From Candidatus Woesearchaeota archaeon (GTDB taxonomy: Archaea; Nanobdellota; Nanobdellia; SCGC-AAA011-G17; UBA489): a DNA stretch of 54,960 bases. Under the pieces are notes generated by a model, which searched no databases, was not told where the DNA came from, and was given only the letters and a program-made list of their open reading frames with translations. This document shows positions 1 to 9,634 of the stretch, piece by piece (positions within the stretch are counted from its first letter, which is position 1; each line of letters opens with the position of its first letter). The position numbers and the translations under genes were made by a program. The stretch spans positions 1 through 54,960 of the forward strand of contig JAERTB010000009.1 in assembly GCA_016845225.1 (NCBI GenBank), in the 5' to 3' direction.

Positions 1-2
1 AA

Positions 3-254
3 ATAGTAATTGCAGATTGGTTATTGGCACGAAGTGATACATTCAAAGAGATTTTATCTAACTTAAGGGATCACAAAATTAATACTAAGAATTCTTTTTC
101 TCGTGTTAAGGATAAACACAGAGATTATGAAGCAAAAGTGAGAGAACAGGATGCAAGAATCAGAGAACTTGAAGGAATTGTTGATTCTTTAAACATGATT
201 CAAGAAGAAATCCCTGTTAAAAAAACAAAAAAGAAGAAAAAAAGTAAAAAATAA
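3..254 (+). CDS. hypothetical coiled-coil protein with poly-Lys tail (possibly 5'-truncated by the window edge)
   Basis: The ORF-track entry 24..254 starts at TTG. The same frame has no stop back to position 3. K/E-rich composition matches real genes here. Tail is KKTKKKKKSKK. No family recognised. Confidence 0.4.
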   Translation: MVIADWLLARSDTFKEILSNLRDHKINTKNSFSRVKDKHRDYEAKVREQDARIRELEGIVDSLNMIQEEIPVKKTKKKKKSKK

Positions 255-259
255 TTTTT

Positions 260-691
260 TCAATATTTTATTTCTATTTCTTTTCCTATCAATTCTTTAG
301 TAAATGTATTTTTGTTTACCTCTAAAACATATTTTGCAGGTTCTTTTGAATTATGATGGTCGCAGGGTTCTGAAACACAAGGTTCTGCATGTAAAACATC
401 AACAACTAAACCATCAGACCTAATAAAAACCATATCTAATGGAATCAAAGTGTTTTTCATCCAAAAACTTTGAGCCATATCCTTTTCAAATACAAATAAC
501 ATACCACAATTAAGGCACAATTCTTCCCTAAACATCAAACCTCTTGCCATTTCTTCAGGTTCATTCACAACTTCAATCTCAATTTTTTCACCTTCAACAA
601 AAATATGTGGGTGGGCACTACATCCTATCAAGAAAATAAGCAAAAAAGTGAGAACTAAGACACCATAGCTCCCATTTTTTAGAAAAATCAT
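260..691 (-). CDS. DUF192 family protein, probable lipoprotein or secreted protein
   Basis: DUF192-like core GLMFR..GMLFVF..FWMKNTLIPLDMVFI. N-terminal hydrophobic segment ends in the lipobox-like LIGC. Start moved from 760 to the in-frame ATG at 691, 1 nt after the upstream gene's stop. Confidence 0.7.
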   Translation of the reverse strand: MIFLKNGSYGVLVLTFLLIFLIGCSAHPHIFVEGEKIEIEVVNEPEEMARGLMFREELCLNCGMLFVFEKDMAQSFWMKNTLIPLDMVFIRSDGLVVDVLHAEPCVSEPCDHHNSKEPAKYVLEVNKNTFTKELIGKEIEIKY

Positions 692-692
692 C

Positions 693-1394
693 TTATCCAA
701 AGTAACTTTGGCTCTTTTCTTCAGCAGATTGAGATACTTTCTTTGCCTTAGACATAACATCCTTTAATTTGCCTTCAAATTGTTCAGCCCGTTTAATCAA
801 TGGTTTATAATCCAGTCCTAATTTCAAATATTCATCTAAAACGCACAATATTTTTGCGGCAGCTCGTGAATCTGGAAGTGTAGAGTGAGTTTCAGCAAAG
901 ATGCAAGTATTTTTTACATCTTCTCTCACAATTAAAGCCCCAGTTACACCAACAATAATTCCTTCATCTAATGGTTCACCACATTTTGATTTGAATTTTT
1001 TATTATGTGTTAAATAATATGCTGTAGGATTTTTCCCTTTCATAATTGTTTCACTGCCAACACCTTCAAGACTAATAATTTCTTTACATTTCAAATCTTT
1101 AGAAATTTTAGCAAGCACTTCTGCAATATTCCATTCAAATCCTACAACATTTGCAAGTGCATGTAATATCAATAAGTTTTTTTTCTTAGAATAAAATATT
1201 CCTAAAGGTTCAACAGGTTCACCAGCATGAACAGCAATTGTTGGAGCAATTTCTTCAGCTCTAATATATCCTATCTTTTTAGCATCTAAATGTTTAATTA
1301 AATATTCAGTTGCAATTGTTCCCACAAGTCCAAATCCTGGAAATCCTTCTACAATAGTTGGATTCTTAGGTTTAGATTTAAGTTTATACCTCAT
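693..1394 (-). CDS. PAC2-family proteasome assembly chaperone-like protein (PbaA/PbaB-like)
   Basis: N-terminal EGFPGFGLVGTIATEYLIKHL and the overall pattern are typical of archaeal PAC2/COG1938 proteins. ATG start. The C-terminus is QSYFG. Confidence 0.7.
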   Translation of the reverse strand: MRYKLKSKPKNPTIVEGFPGFGLVGTIATEYLIKHLDAKKIGYIRAEEIAPTIAVHAGEPVEPLGIFYSKKKNLLILHALANVVGFEWNIAEVLAKISKDLKCKEIISLEGVGSETIMKGKNPTAYYLTHNKKFKSKCGEPLDEGIIVGVTGALIVREDVKNTCIFAETHSTLPDSRAAAKILCVLDEYLKLGLDYKPLIKRAEQFEGKLKDVMSKAKKVSQSAEEKSQSYFG

Positions 1395-1486
1395 TTAAAT
1401 TTACACTCTATTCTTTATTTATATAATTTTCTTATAACATAAACTTTTTAAAACTCCCAATTAACACAATATAACAAAAGAGGCAT

Positions 1487-1561
1487 GGGCCCATAGCTCA
1501 GTCTGGCTAGAGCACTTGGCTCTTAACCAAGGGGTCGGGGGTTCAAATCCCTCTGGGCCCG
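1487..1561 (+). tRNA. tRNA-Lys (anticodon CTT)
   Basis: Hand-folded cloverleaf of 75 nt. Acceptor GGGCCCA/TGGGCCC, anticodon arm CTTGG-CTCTTAA-CCAAG, T arm GGGGG-TTCAAAT-CCCTC. No encoded CCA. Confidence 0.9.
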
Positions 1562-1576
1562 CACTAAAAAAAGAAG

Positions 1577-1804
1577 ATGATTGTAAGACCATTCAAAGTA
1601 ATATTGAACCTTTTATCTGGTTACATGTTTGTGATTTCTGCAGTAAAACAAAATATGCTGGCTGCACCGACTGCACTTTTTTCACTGATGATATTAATTG
1701 CAAAATCAGATGAAGAATCAAGACATAAAATTTTTGATATGGTTACAGTCGCACTTGCAACTTCATTGATAATTTTTTCAATTATTCAACACAACTACAA
1801 TTAA
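1577..1804 (+). CDS. possible small membrane protein (2-3 hydrophobic segments)
   Basis: 75-aa ATG ORF in an otherwise empty 240-nt gap. Hydrophobic stretches are present. No homology recognised, so it could be spurious. Confidence 0.3.
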   Translation: MIVRPFKVILNLLSGYMFVISAVKQNMLAAPTALFSLMILIAKSDEESRHKIFDMVTVALATSLIIFSIIQHNYN

Positions 1805-2655
1805 TTTCTTAGAACTTCATATATAGAATCAAAAATTGGAGAACTACTATTAAAACTATAAAACTCGGCACCTATTGAATCAGCAATCCATTTTAATCGA
1901 GCATTATGTTCCTTTTTCTTATTCATGTAATTTTTTTTAGTAATCTTGTCCATAAATGCATGAATAACTTCACTTGTTTCCATGTCTTTTAATTTTAAAT
2001 TTCCTTTGAGATTCATGTTACTTTCAACATCATCAAGAACTTGTATTAATTTTATTTCACAATTTTTAAATCGGCCAAGACTTCTTGCAATTTCATCTAA
2101 ATCATAAAAGAAGTCACTTACAATTACGACCATACTTCGTGATCCTATTTTTTTTAAGTATCCTGTCAATGAATCTTCAAATCTTGTTTTTCCTTCAGCA
2201 TTTTTATTTCGAAGATAATCTAATGTTCTCACAAATTGGGCCTTGCCTCTTCGTGGGAGAAACACATCTAAATTATCTGAAAATGTACTTAAAATAAACT
2301 TTTCATTTTTCTTCATGGCCATATAAGCAAAACTTAAACCAATCATGGAAGAATATTCAAATTTAGTTATTTTATCAGAGGCATAGTCCATAGATTTACT
2401 TGAGTCAATTATTATATGCACACTCAAACTTTTATCTTCTTCAAACCGTTTAATATGCAGCTTATCTGTTCTCCCATAAACTTTCCAGTCTATATCTTTA
2501 TAATCGTCTCCAGAAGTATAAATTCTATGTTCTTTGAATAAATTTCCTTTTCCACTTTCATAACTGCTTCTCTCTCCAATATAATTTGAAGAAATTCGTT
2601 TATTCACTAAAAGGCACATTCGGTCCAAATGTTTTAGAAAATCTTCTTCAATCAT
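1801..2655 (-). CDS. DUF58 (vWA-like) protein, MoxR partner
   Basis: DWKVYGRTDKLHIKRFEE plus the MIDAS-like IIDSSKSM are typical of DUF58. Its ATG overlaps the moxR stop (ATGA). Confidence 0.8.
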   Translation of the reverse strand: MIEEDFLKHLDRMCLLVNKRISSNYIGERSSYESGKGNLFKEHRIYTSGDDYKDIDWKVYGRTDKLHIKRFEEDKSLSVHIIIDSSKSMDYASDKITKFEYSSMIGLSFAYMAMKKNEKFILSTFSDNLDVFLPRRGKAQFVRTLDYLRNKNAEGKTRFEDSLTGYLKKIGSRSMVVIVSDFFYDLDEIARSLGRFKNCEIKLIQVLDDVESNMNLKGNLKLKDMETSEVIHAFMDKITKKNYMNKKKEHNARLKWIADSIGAEFYSFNSSSPIFDSIYEVLRN

Positions 2656-3602
2656 TTTAGAAGATATTTAATTACGGCGTCTGCATCAAAATTATTTCTT
2701 TCCGCTTCAAAGTTTAAAATAATTCTATGTCTTAAAATAGGTAAGGCCATTTCATTAATATCTTCTTTGTTAACATAATTTCTACCCTCAATAAGTGCTT
2801 TAGCTTTACTCGCCATCAACAGTCCTAAACTTGCCCTAGGACTAGCACCAAATTCAATAAGTTCTTTATGACTTCTAGTTTTGTTTACCAAATCAACAGC
2901 ATAGTGTTTAATATCATTGGCAACAGGAACTTGTCTAACCATTTTTTGCAAATTAATTATATTCTCTCTTCCTAAAACGGGTTTTAATGAATCAATTTCT
3001 CTCTCTTCTTCTGTAAATCTATTTACAATTTCCAACTCTTCTTCAAACTTGGGATATTGTGATTTAATCTTAAATAAAAATCTGTCACATTGAGCTTCCG
3101 GTAATGGGTAGGTTCCTTCCTGTTCAACAGGATTTTGTGTAGCCAAAACAAAGAAAGGTTTATCCATTTTAAATATTTGAGTTCCTACGGTAACTTGTTT
3201 TTCTTGCATGGCTTCTAATAAAGCGCTTTGAGTTTTTGGTGTAGCTCTGTTAATCTCATCCATCAAAACAATATTAGAAAAAAGAGGTCCTTGTTGAAAT
3301 GAAAATTCTCTTTTCCCACCCCTTTCTTCTAAAACATGGGTCCCAATAATATCTGAAGGCATTAGATCAGGAGTTCCTTGAATTCTACTAAAATTCAAAT
3401 CCATTAATTTAGATAAACTGTTTACAGTAAGGGTTTTAGCCAATCCAGGATAACCTTCAAGAAGCGCATTTGCCCCGCATAAAATAGAAATAATTGTTTG
3501 TCTAATGGCTTCTTCTTGTCCTACAACAATATAGCCAATATGGCTCAGGACTTCATCAATAGCAGTTTTCACTTCTCCCGAACTCTTTAAATTTGATATC
3601 AT
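2652..3602 (-). CDS. moxR: MoxR-family AAA+ ATPase
   Basis: Walker A EGYPGLAKT, Walker B LMDEINRA and the sensor region ATQNP are present. Length of 316 aa is typical for MoxR. Confidence 0.9.
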   Translation of the reverse strand: MISNLKSSGEVKTAIDEVLSHIGYIVVGQEEAIRQTIISILCGANALLEGYPGLAKTLTVNSLSKLMDLNFSRIQGTPDLMPSDIIGTHVLEERGGKREFSFQQGPLFSNIVLMDEINRATPKTQSALLEAMQEKQVTVGTQIFKMDKPFFVLATQNPVEQEGTYPLPEAQCDRFLFKIKSQYPKFEEELEIVNRFTEEEREIDSLKPVLGRENIINLQKMVRQVPVANDIKHYAVDLVNKTRSHKELIEFGASPRASLGLLMASKAKALIEGRNYVNKEDINEMALPILRHRIILNFEAERNNFDADAVIKYLLK

Positions 3603-3652
3603 ACCTATAACTCCTTTCTCTTTTTACCACCTCTAGAATAAATTTAGTTTGT

Positions 3653-4414
3653 CTATTTATTAAGATTATTGTAAAATCTTTCAACTATTGATTTTTCATC
3701 TAAATTAATATTTTCATTGAATGTTTTATCCTGAGATCCGCCAATTCTTCCATTATAACTTTGTCCACCAGAATCTTGTTTATATTCTCCTTCGGAACCA
3801 AGATCTGCCCGGTTTGCTTCAGTTCCCAATTCCAATTCCAATTCCTTTCCACCTAGTTCTGCAAGGCTGCCCTCTCCTTGAATCTCTGATAAATCTTCAA
3901 TACTTGTTTCGCCCCCTCCAAAAAATCCAGTAAGACTTCCAACACCTTCTCCACCTAACTCTTCAACAGTATCAATAAGATTAAATCCACTACTTTGAAT
4001 ATAAAATAAAAGAACTCCCAAAAAAATCAATCCTCCGAATCTCTTAATGGTTCTTTTTCCACTAATCAAATCATAAAATCCTACAAATCCTACCTTTGTT
4101 GCAACTTCATTATTCAAATCATTAATAATTCCATTATTTTTCCCAAAATTATCTACTGCAGTTCTCAATTGCCATTCTAATCCAGGAACTTTTTTCTCAA
4201 TTTCAGAAATACTCGATTTTTTTGCAGATCTAATAAATCCAAAAAGTAAATATCCTCCCCCGACACCTAAAGCAAGTAAAAAACTTAGTCCAAAGAATAC
4301 CAAAAAGGAAGATATTAATAGACTAATAAGAACACTATCTAAAAAACAATCAAAAAATTTAGTTAAAACTAATCTTCGTTTAATTCTAGAAACTTCTTTT
4401 CTTACATTAACCAT
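3653..4414 (-). CDS. hypothetical membrane protein (Gly/Glu-rich C-terminal half)
   Basis: ATG ORF inside the MoxR operon. It has three hydrophobic segments and a low-complexity G/E/L tail. No family recognised. Confidence 0.6.
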   Translation of the reverse strand: MVNVRKEVSRIKRRLVLTKFFDCFLDSVLISLLISSFLVFFGLSFLLALGVGGGYLLFGFIRSAKKSSISEIEKKVPGLEWQLRTAVDNFGKNNGIINDLNNEVATKVGFVGFYDLISGKRTIKRFGGLIFLGVLLFYIQSSGFNLIDTVEELGGEGVGSLTGFFGGGETSIEDLSEIQGEGSLAELGGKELELELGTEANRADLGSEGEYKQDSGGQSYNGRIGGSQDKTFNENINLDEKSIVERFYNNLNK

Positions 4415-4422
4415 TATAATAA

Positions 4423-4968
4423 CTAATAGTTAGCACATTCACTTAATGAACCATTAAATCCACTAGAACTAACTATGCATGCCTCATATTTATTTACTAG
4501 ATCGCTCTGAGTTGTTAGATTAGTTTCTAGTCCTGCAATCTTTATCTCTAACTCATAAACCTCTAGTTCCAAAATTTCTTTCAAATCTTCTAAATCTGCA
4601 AGTTCTGTGGTAATATCATTTTCAACCTTGGTTTTATTTTCTAATGCGCTTTTAGTTTCTTCTAATTCAGTCGATAAATTTAAAATTCTCAAATCTTTTT
4701 CATAAGCAACATCATCCACTTCTGCTTTTAGGTTTGCAACCTTGCCCATATACACAAAAAAAGTAATAGCCCATAATAAAAATAAAAATATTGCAATTTT
4801 TTTTAAATTATTAATAGAAGTTCCTGAACCAATCTCAACTTTGTTTTTTCCATTGGGTCCACCTTTTTCAAATAAATGTTCTTTTTTTCTTAATTCTTCT
4901 AGTTCTCTATTTACCTTATCTAATGCTCTTCTGTCTCTTGCTTTTTTTATATTATCTAAAAAACTCAT
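4423..4968 (-). CDS. hypothetical single-pass membrane coiled-coil protein
   Basis: ATG ORF with one TM segment (IAIFLFLLWAITFFVY) followed by a heptad-like E/L/K-rich region. It sits in the MoxR operon. Confidence 0.6.
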   Translation of the reverse strand: MSFLDNIKKARDRRALDKVNRELEELRKKEHLFEKGGPNGKNKVEIGSGTSINNLKKIAIFLFLLWAITFFVYMGKVANLKAEVDDVAYEKDLRILNLSTELEETKSALENKTKVENDITTELADLEDLKEILELEVYELEIKIAGLETNLTTQSDLVNKYEACIVSSSGFNGSLSECANY

Positions 4969-4991
4969 AATATAGCCTTCCTATTACATCT

Positions 4992-7298
4992 TTAAATATT
5001 TTTGCGTTCGGAAACAGTCCTAAACCACACATCTATTATAAAAATAGCCATTGCAAGCACCAATAATGGCCAAATAAACAGTTCTTTTGTCCCTTTAATT
5101 ACTGATTTATTTTCTTTTAAAACAGAATCTAATTCATCCATATTTTCTCCCCTCAAAATTTTCCCTCCACTAAGAGTAACTATCTCTTTCATTTTTGCAT
5201 TCATTCCTATGTCCTCGAGTTCATCATTATAATTTACTGCATATTGTTCATTTCCAAACATAAAAAATCCTGCTTCATCCACAAATTTTTTAGCCAAATA
5301 GCTTCCATCAGGGTTTCGTTTAATTTCAAATCCTTCTGATTCTGGAGGTTTCCCTCCAATGATTACAACCTCAACATTAGTTCCAATTCTTGCATCATTA
5401 AATTCAAAGAAGTACTCGTTTTTTCTTTCAGGATCTCCACTTACCCAATTAAAAGCCCTACTTAATAATGTCGAACTTACACCCGAGTAAAGTTCTCCAC
5501 CCCAACTTACACCATTATCGGCAGAAAGTACTCCAATTCTTCCAAGACCTTGTCTCCAAACACTAAGTAGTGGGTCACCGCTTCCCCCAGTAACTAATAA
5601 TCTTCCTCCATTTTTTGGAAGAATTTTATTCATTCCATAAATATTTTCGATTGGAAATAATCCTTCAGTAATAAAATGAGAATCATCAAATATTTTTACT
5701 TTTCCTTCTCCACTAGAGGTTCCTTCAGGATCTCCAAATACCAATGCTAATTGATGAGATTGTCCGGCCCAATAATAGGATCCTCCTGTAAGGTTGCTTA
5801 TACTTCTAAGTAAAACATCATTGGGATTTGTTCCAATACCCACAGAATATACTTTTACATTATTTTGGATAGCATTATTTATTGCACCGCTAGTTTCTCC
5901 CTGACTAGATCCATCTGTAAATAAGATTATGTTTTTTCCTCCAGCCACATTCTTCAACATATCTACACTTGCAGTCAAACCATTTCCAAGATAAGTATAT
6001 CCTCCGGGAATCAAAGAAATAATATTGCTTTCAATAATAGTTCTATCCTTATTTTCTAATAATCCCAATTCTTCAACAACGTATGCATCTTCATTAAACG
6101 CTACAACTCCTAGACTATGTTCATCAGTAATATCTTCTACCACACCTACAGCTAGCGCTTTTGCAACATCTGCAGCATTTCCTCCGCCATATTCTGCACC
6201 AACACTACTAGAAATATCAATTAACAAAACAACATTGACATCTCCCATCTTTTTACCAGTCCCTCCAACTTCAACAGGCAATAACTTTTCAAATTTACTT
6301 CCAGAGTAACTTCCATCTCTTTCAAAAGAATTTTTCCCACCAACAACAAATAATCCATTCCCTTTTCCAACATATTTATCTAAGTCTGCAATTCTATCTC
6401 CAAAACTTTCAACAGGTTTATCATCAACTATAACTGCATGGTATTTATCAAGACCATATAATCCTCCAACTTCAACAGTATAAAGTTTCGAAAGAAGTTT
6501 TTCCAATCTTGTTCCAGCAGAACCAAACAATAGAATTTTTGGTTTTTCTACAACTTTAATACTCTTAAAATAGACATTATTTTCTTCAAAAAAATCAGTT
6601 CCATCTATTCTTGCAATCAGTTTATGATCTCCTCCAGAAAATTTAGCAGAATATTCTATTTCTCTGCCAATTTGAGAAACAACTTCTTCACCATCAACAG
6701 TTAAACTAATTCTCTTTGTAGCTCCATCAGTCCCACTCAAAATTACCTTGAATTGCGCTTCAGTATCTGGTCCAATTTTTGAAGGTCCAACAATTTTTAC
6801 AGAATAATCTTCTTCCTTCAATTCTCTTTCAAACAAACTCAAACTTAAATTTTCAAGCCTAGAAGTTTCTAAAACGTTGTTCCAATCTACTCCCTCATTT
6901 ATTTGTCCATCGCTAAACAACAATACATTTTCCCCTCTTCTAAAGGCAGAATTTATTTCTTCACCAATATTTGATGCCAAATCATCTCCAATTAATCTAT
7001 GTTTTGCTCCAATATTTCTTTTTAATCCACTAATGAACCTTTCATCTATATTTCCGCCAAACAAACTATAGGAATTACTTTCATCTTCCAATACAACTAA
7101 TTTACTTTTTCCTCCACTAAAAATACTATCAATAGAATAGGGTTCAGAAATCGCAAATACAAGTAAAATTAATATTGAGATCCTAGTCCAATATAATCTC
7201 CTATTAGTTCTAGCAAAAATAAATACTCCCAAAATAATTAATATAAAAAATAAAAGGTATTCTGGTGCAGCAAACAAATTAGAAAAAAAACTAAACAC
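4992..7298 (-). CDS. membrane protein with a vWA domain and GATase1-like (DUF1355/BatB-like) regions
   Basis: MIDAS motif VVLLIDISSSVG. There are N- and C-terminal TM segments. KILLFG...LFVVGG and LLVTGGSGDPLLSVWRQGLGRIGV resemble the Bat-type GATase-like fold. GTG start overlaps the upstream gene by 8 nt. Confidence 0.75.
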   Translation of the reverse strand: MFSFFSNLFAAPEYLLFFILIILGVFIFARTNRRLYWTRISILILLVFAISEPYSIDSIFSGGKSKLVVLEDESNSYSLFGGNIDERFISGLKRNIGAKHRLIGDDLASNIGEEINSAFRRGENVLLFSDGQINEGVDWNNVLETSRLENLSLSLFERELKEEDYSVKIVGPSKIGPDTEAQFKVILSGTDGATKRISLTVDGEEVVSQIGREIEYSAKFSGGDHKLIARIDGTDFFEENNVYFKSIKVVEKPKILLFGSAGTRLEKLLSKLYTVEVGGLYGLDKYHAVIVDDKPVESFGDRIADLDKYVGKGNGLFVVGGKNSFERDGSYSGSKFEKLLPVEVGGTGKKMGDVNVVLLIDISSSVGAEYGGGNAADVAKALAVGVVEDITDEHSLGVVAFNEDAYVVEELGLLENKDRTIIESNIISLIPGGYTYLGNGLTASVDMLKNVAGGKNIILFTDGSSQGETSGAINNAIQNNVKVYSVGIGTNPNDVLLRSISNLTGGSYYWAGQSHQLALVFGDPEGTSSGEGKVKIFDDSHFITEGLFPIENIYGMNKILPKNGGRLLVTGGSGDPLLSVWRQGLGRIGVLSADNGVSWGGELYSGVSSTLLSRAFNWVSGDPERKNEYFFEFNDARIGTNVEVVIIGGKPPESEGFEIKRNPDGSYLAKKFVDEAGFFMFGNEQYAVNYNDELEDIGMNAKMKEIVTLSGGKILRGENMDELDSVLKENKSVIKGTKELFIWPLLVLAMAIFIIDVWFRTVSERKNI

Positions 7299-9084
7299 TG
7301 TAATCTCTCCTCATTATTCTTCTATTAGATATAATCCATTCAAGAATTACTAAGAACATTGCCACAATCAATAGTTCTTTCCAAATATTTTTATTTACTC
7401 TATTTTGAATAGCATTTTCACCAGTTAAGCTCTTTTCTAATTCAATATTTCTTTCAAGATTAGATTCTTCATCACTAAGAATATTTGCAGAATAGCTCTT
7501 ATCTCTAATTAAATAAAATCCAACTTCTTCCATTATCAATGAGCTTCCTGTTTCTTTTGAACCGCTAGGTAATTTGAAATTCAAATCTCCTCCAAAACTA
7601 AGTACTGTTCCAGTTGCAACATTCATCTCATTAAGACCTTTATATCCTCCTAAATATCTTACAAACCTTGTCCAAAATATTGGATAATCTGGTCTATTAG
7701 AAAAATCTTCCCCAAATACTCCATAGTATGCAAATAACCCTTTTTCAAACGGCTTAACAAAAATAACTGGTTCCTCTCCAGCCAAAACATATTTTTGACA
7801 AGAAATTCCACATTCGACTTCTCTCACTCTACTATGTCTTCCAAAACTCAAGCCTTCAGTAAAAGAAACTTCCTCTTCAATAATAGATTCGCCCCCGCTC
7901 ACTTTTTCTCCAACATCAAAGTTAAGGAATCCTCCATAATCTCTAACTCCTGGTCCTTCTTCAGAACCAATAACAATCACACTTTTCCCCAGATTCAATT
8001 CTTCTTTCAATATATTTTTAGCATCAATACTTAAGCTAGAAATTTTATTAAGAATATAAACATCATAACCTCTTTTGATATTATTTGCAGATTTTTTAGC
8101 AAACTTAATTGTTCCAGATGCTTCAAGTGCAGATTCTAGATATTTATCATTATTTTCTTGAACAAGTAATACCTTTATAGTTTCACTTTCTTCATTAATT
8201 AGATAAATAATATTATCTCCATTGATTTCATCTTCAATTAGTAAATTAATCTCACTTTTTCCTTTAACCATTTCAAATTCATATTCTTCACTATCTCCCA
8301 CATTCAATGTAACAATCTTTTTTCTGCCTTCATAAGATACTTCAAAACTTTTCATTTCACAACAAAAATTCTTAATTACCGCAACACTTTTACCATTTTT
8401 TTTCAAATCAATAGCAACAAATCCTGCATTATTTTTATTACCTTCATAAAAATCTACTAATTTGATTGGAATTTTATTAGTTTCAAATTCATTTAACTGT
8501 AAAAGTAACTCTTCAGTTTCAGTATCAATTAAATCGCTACCAAGAAAAATTGCTTTTTCTCCCTTAACTTTGTCAAAATATTCTTTAGCCAAAAAAAGAC
8601 TTTCACTAATCGCAGATTTAGAACCACTGATTCCCAATTTTTTGATTATCTTTTTAGTTTCACTAGAATCTCCATTCTCTAATATTATTCGTGGCGAACT
8701 TCCAGCAATAATCACAGTATTCTTTACACCCCTATTATCTAATGCAGAATTTTTAAGTGATTCAATATGTTTTTCCATACTGGCGCTATTATCTAATACA
8801 AAGATTACATTTCCACTATCTACAGAGGATACTGAAAGAAATGGTGCTGCAAAAAATAAAGCAATTAACCCAAGAATTAAAATTTGGAGTAACAATAACT
8901 TATCATTTACTAAATTCTTAAACGAACTACGTTTATTTTTTCTTTCATCCCCCTTAGAAAGAAACATTACAGAAGGAATAATCATTTCTTTTGCCTTCGG
9001 CTTAATAAAAAATAAAATTAAAAACGGAATTAAAGAAAACAGTGCTAAAAGTCCCACAAGGTTTCCAATTCCAAGAAATGTCAT
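7291..9084 (-). CDS. BatA-like membrane protein with a vWA domain
   Basis: The N-terminal double-TM region resembles the aerotolerance BatA_N pattern. MIDAS motif VIFVLDNSASM. A C-terminal TM segment is present. Start placed at ATG 9084; the track uses TTG at 9087. Confidence 0.75.
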   Translation of the reverse strand: MTFLGIGNLVGLLALFSLIPFLILFFIKPKAKEMIIPSVMFLSKGDERKNKRSSFKNLVNDKLLLLQILILGLIALFFAAPFLSVSSVDSGNVIFVLDNSASMEKHIESLKNSALDNRGVKNTVIIAGSSPRIILENGDSSETKKIIKKLGISGSKSAISESLFLAKEYFDKVKGEKAIFLGSDLIDTETEELLLQLNEFETNKIPIKLVDFYEGNKNNAGFVAIDLKKNGKSVAVIKNFCCEMKSFEVSYEGRKKIVTLNVGDSEEYEFEMVKGKSEINLLIEDEINGDNIIYLINEESETIKVLLVQENNDKYLESALEASGTIKFAKKSANNIKRGYDVYILNKISSLSIDAKNILKEELNLGKSVIVIGSEEGPGVRDYGGFLNFDVGEKVSGGESIIEEEVSFTEGLSFGRHSRVREVECGISCQKYVLAGEEPVIFVKPFEKGLFAYYGVFGEDFSNRPDYPIFWTRFVRYLGGYKGLNEMNVATGTVLSFGGDLNFKLPSGSKETGSSLIMEEVGFYLIRDKSYSANILSDEESNLERNIELEKSLTGENAIQNRVNKNIWKELLIVAMFLVILEWIISNRRIMRRDYSV

Positions 9085-9160
9085 CAACTAAATTGTTGAA
9101 TAAAACTTTAAAAAAATATAGAAAGAGTAACCATTATATAATAATTACAAAATAAAAAAA

Positions 9161-9436
9161 TTAAAGAATCTCTCGGATTCTTTCAATATGTCCAGCAACT
9201 GTATGTCCAGTATCTGTTAGTTTGATGGTTTTAATTCTTCCATTTTTTTCAAACTCAACAAGTTTTGCAGTTTCCATTTCTTGTAAAATTTTTACTGCAT
9301 GACTGTAAGTACAATCTACTTCTTTTGCTAATATTGATCCGTATCTGCTTTTATTACTGTTTCTCAGTGCTACTAACATCATTGCAGGTTTTGATCTAAA
9401 AAACACTTCAAATATTTCTTTTTCGCTTTTCTTCAT
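9161..9436 (-). CDS. small winged-helix transcriptional regulator
   Basis: 91 aa with the wHTH pattern SILAKEVDCTYSHAVKILQEMETAKLVEFEKNGR. ATG is preceded by the SD-like GGGGGGAG. Confidence 0.7.
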   Translation of the reverse strand: MKKSEKEIFEVFFRSKPAMMLVALRNSNKSRYGSILAKEVDCTYSHAVKILQEMETAKLVEFEKNGRIKTIKLTDTGHTVAGHIERIREIL

Positions 9437-9606
9437 TAAAACTCCCCCCAGTTCATTAATAATATGATTATTATCTTCAAAAGGTTCTAATTTTTCCTTT
9501 CAGAAATTAAATCCTTTCTCGTATATTTAAACCTTTTCTTTCCATCCTATACTTTTAAGGCACTATTTAAAGAAATTATGCCTTTCAAGAGATAGACCAA
9601 AAAACC

Positions 9607-9614
9607 TTTATATA
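9607..9614 (+). promoter_or_regulatory. TATA box of serS (leaderless)
   Basis: tttatata preceded by an A-rich BRE-like aaaaacc. The ATG lies 21 nt downstream. Confidence 0.6.
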
Positions 9615-9634
9615 CCTTTTCCAAAAAATTAGTC

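Noticed and set aside
1516-1713. 65-aa ORF beginning inside tRNA-Lys
   Set aside because: It starts within the tRNA gene body. It has no start context and a Cys-rich random-looking sequence.
1562-1800. C/D-box sRNA in the gap after tRNA-Lys
   Set aside because: TGATGA and CTGA strings are present. They are not arranged with C/D'/C'/D spacing or with terminal complementarity.
8462-9091. 209-aa plus-strand ORF
   Set aside because: It lies entirely antisense to the BatA-like gene. Its S/F/L/I-rich composition is the mirror image of K/E-rich coding sequence. It has no motifs and no promoter.
9457-9473. 7-3-7 palindrome TAATAAT-ATG-ATTATTA upstream of the wHTH gene, considered as a possible operator
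   Set aside because: It is composed only of A and T in an AT-rich intergenic region. The chance expectation is high and there is no second copy.
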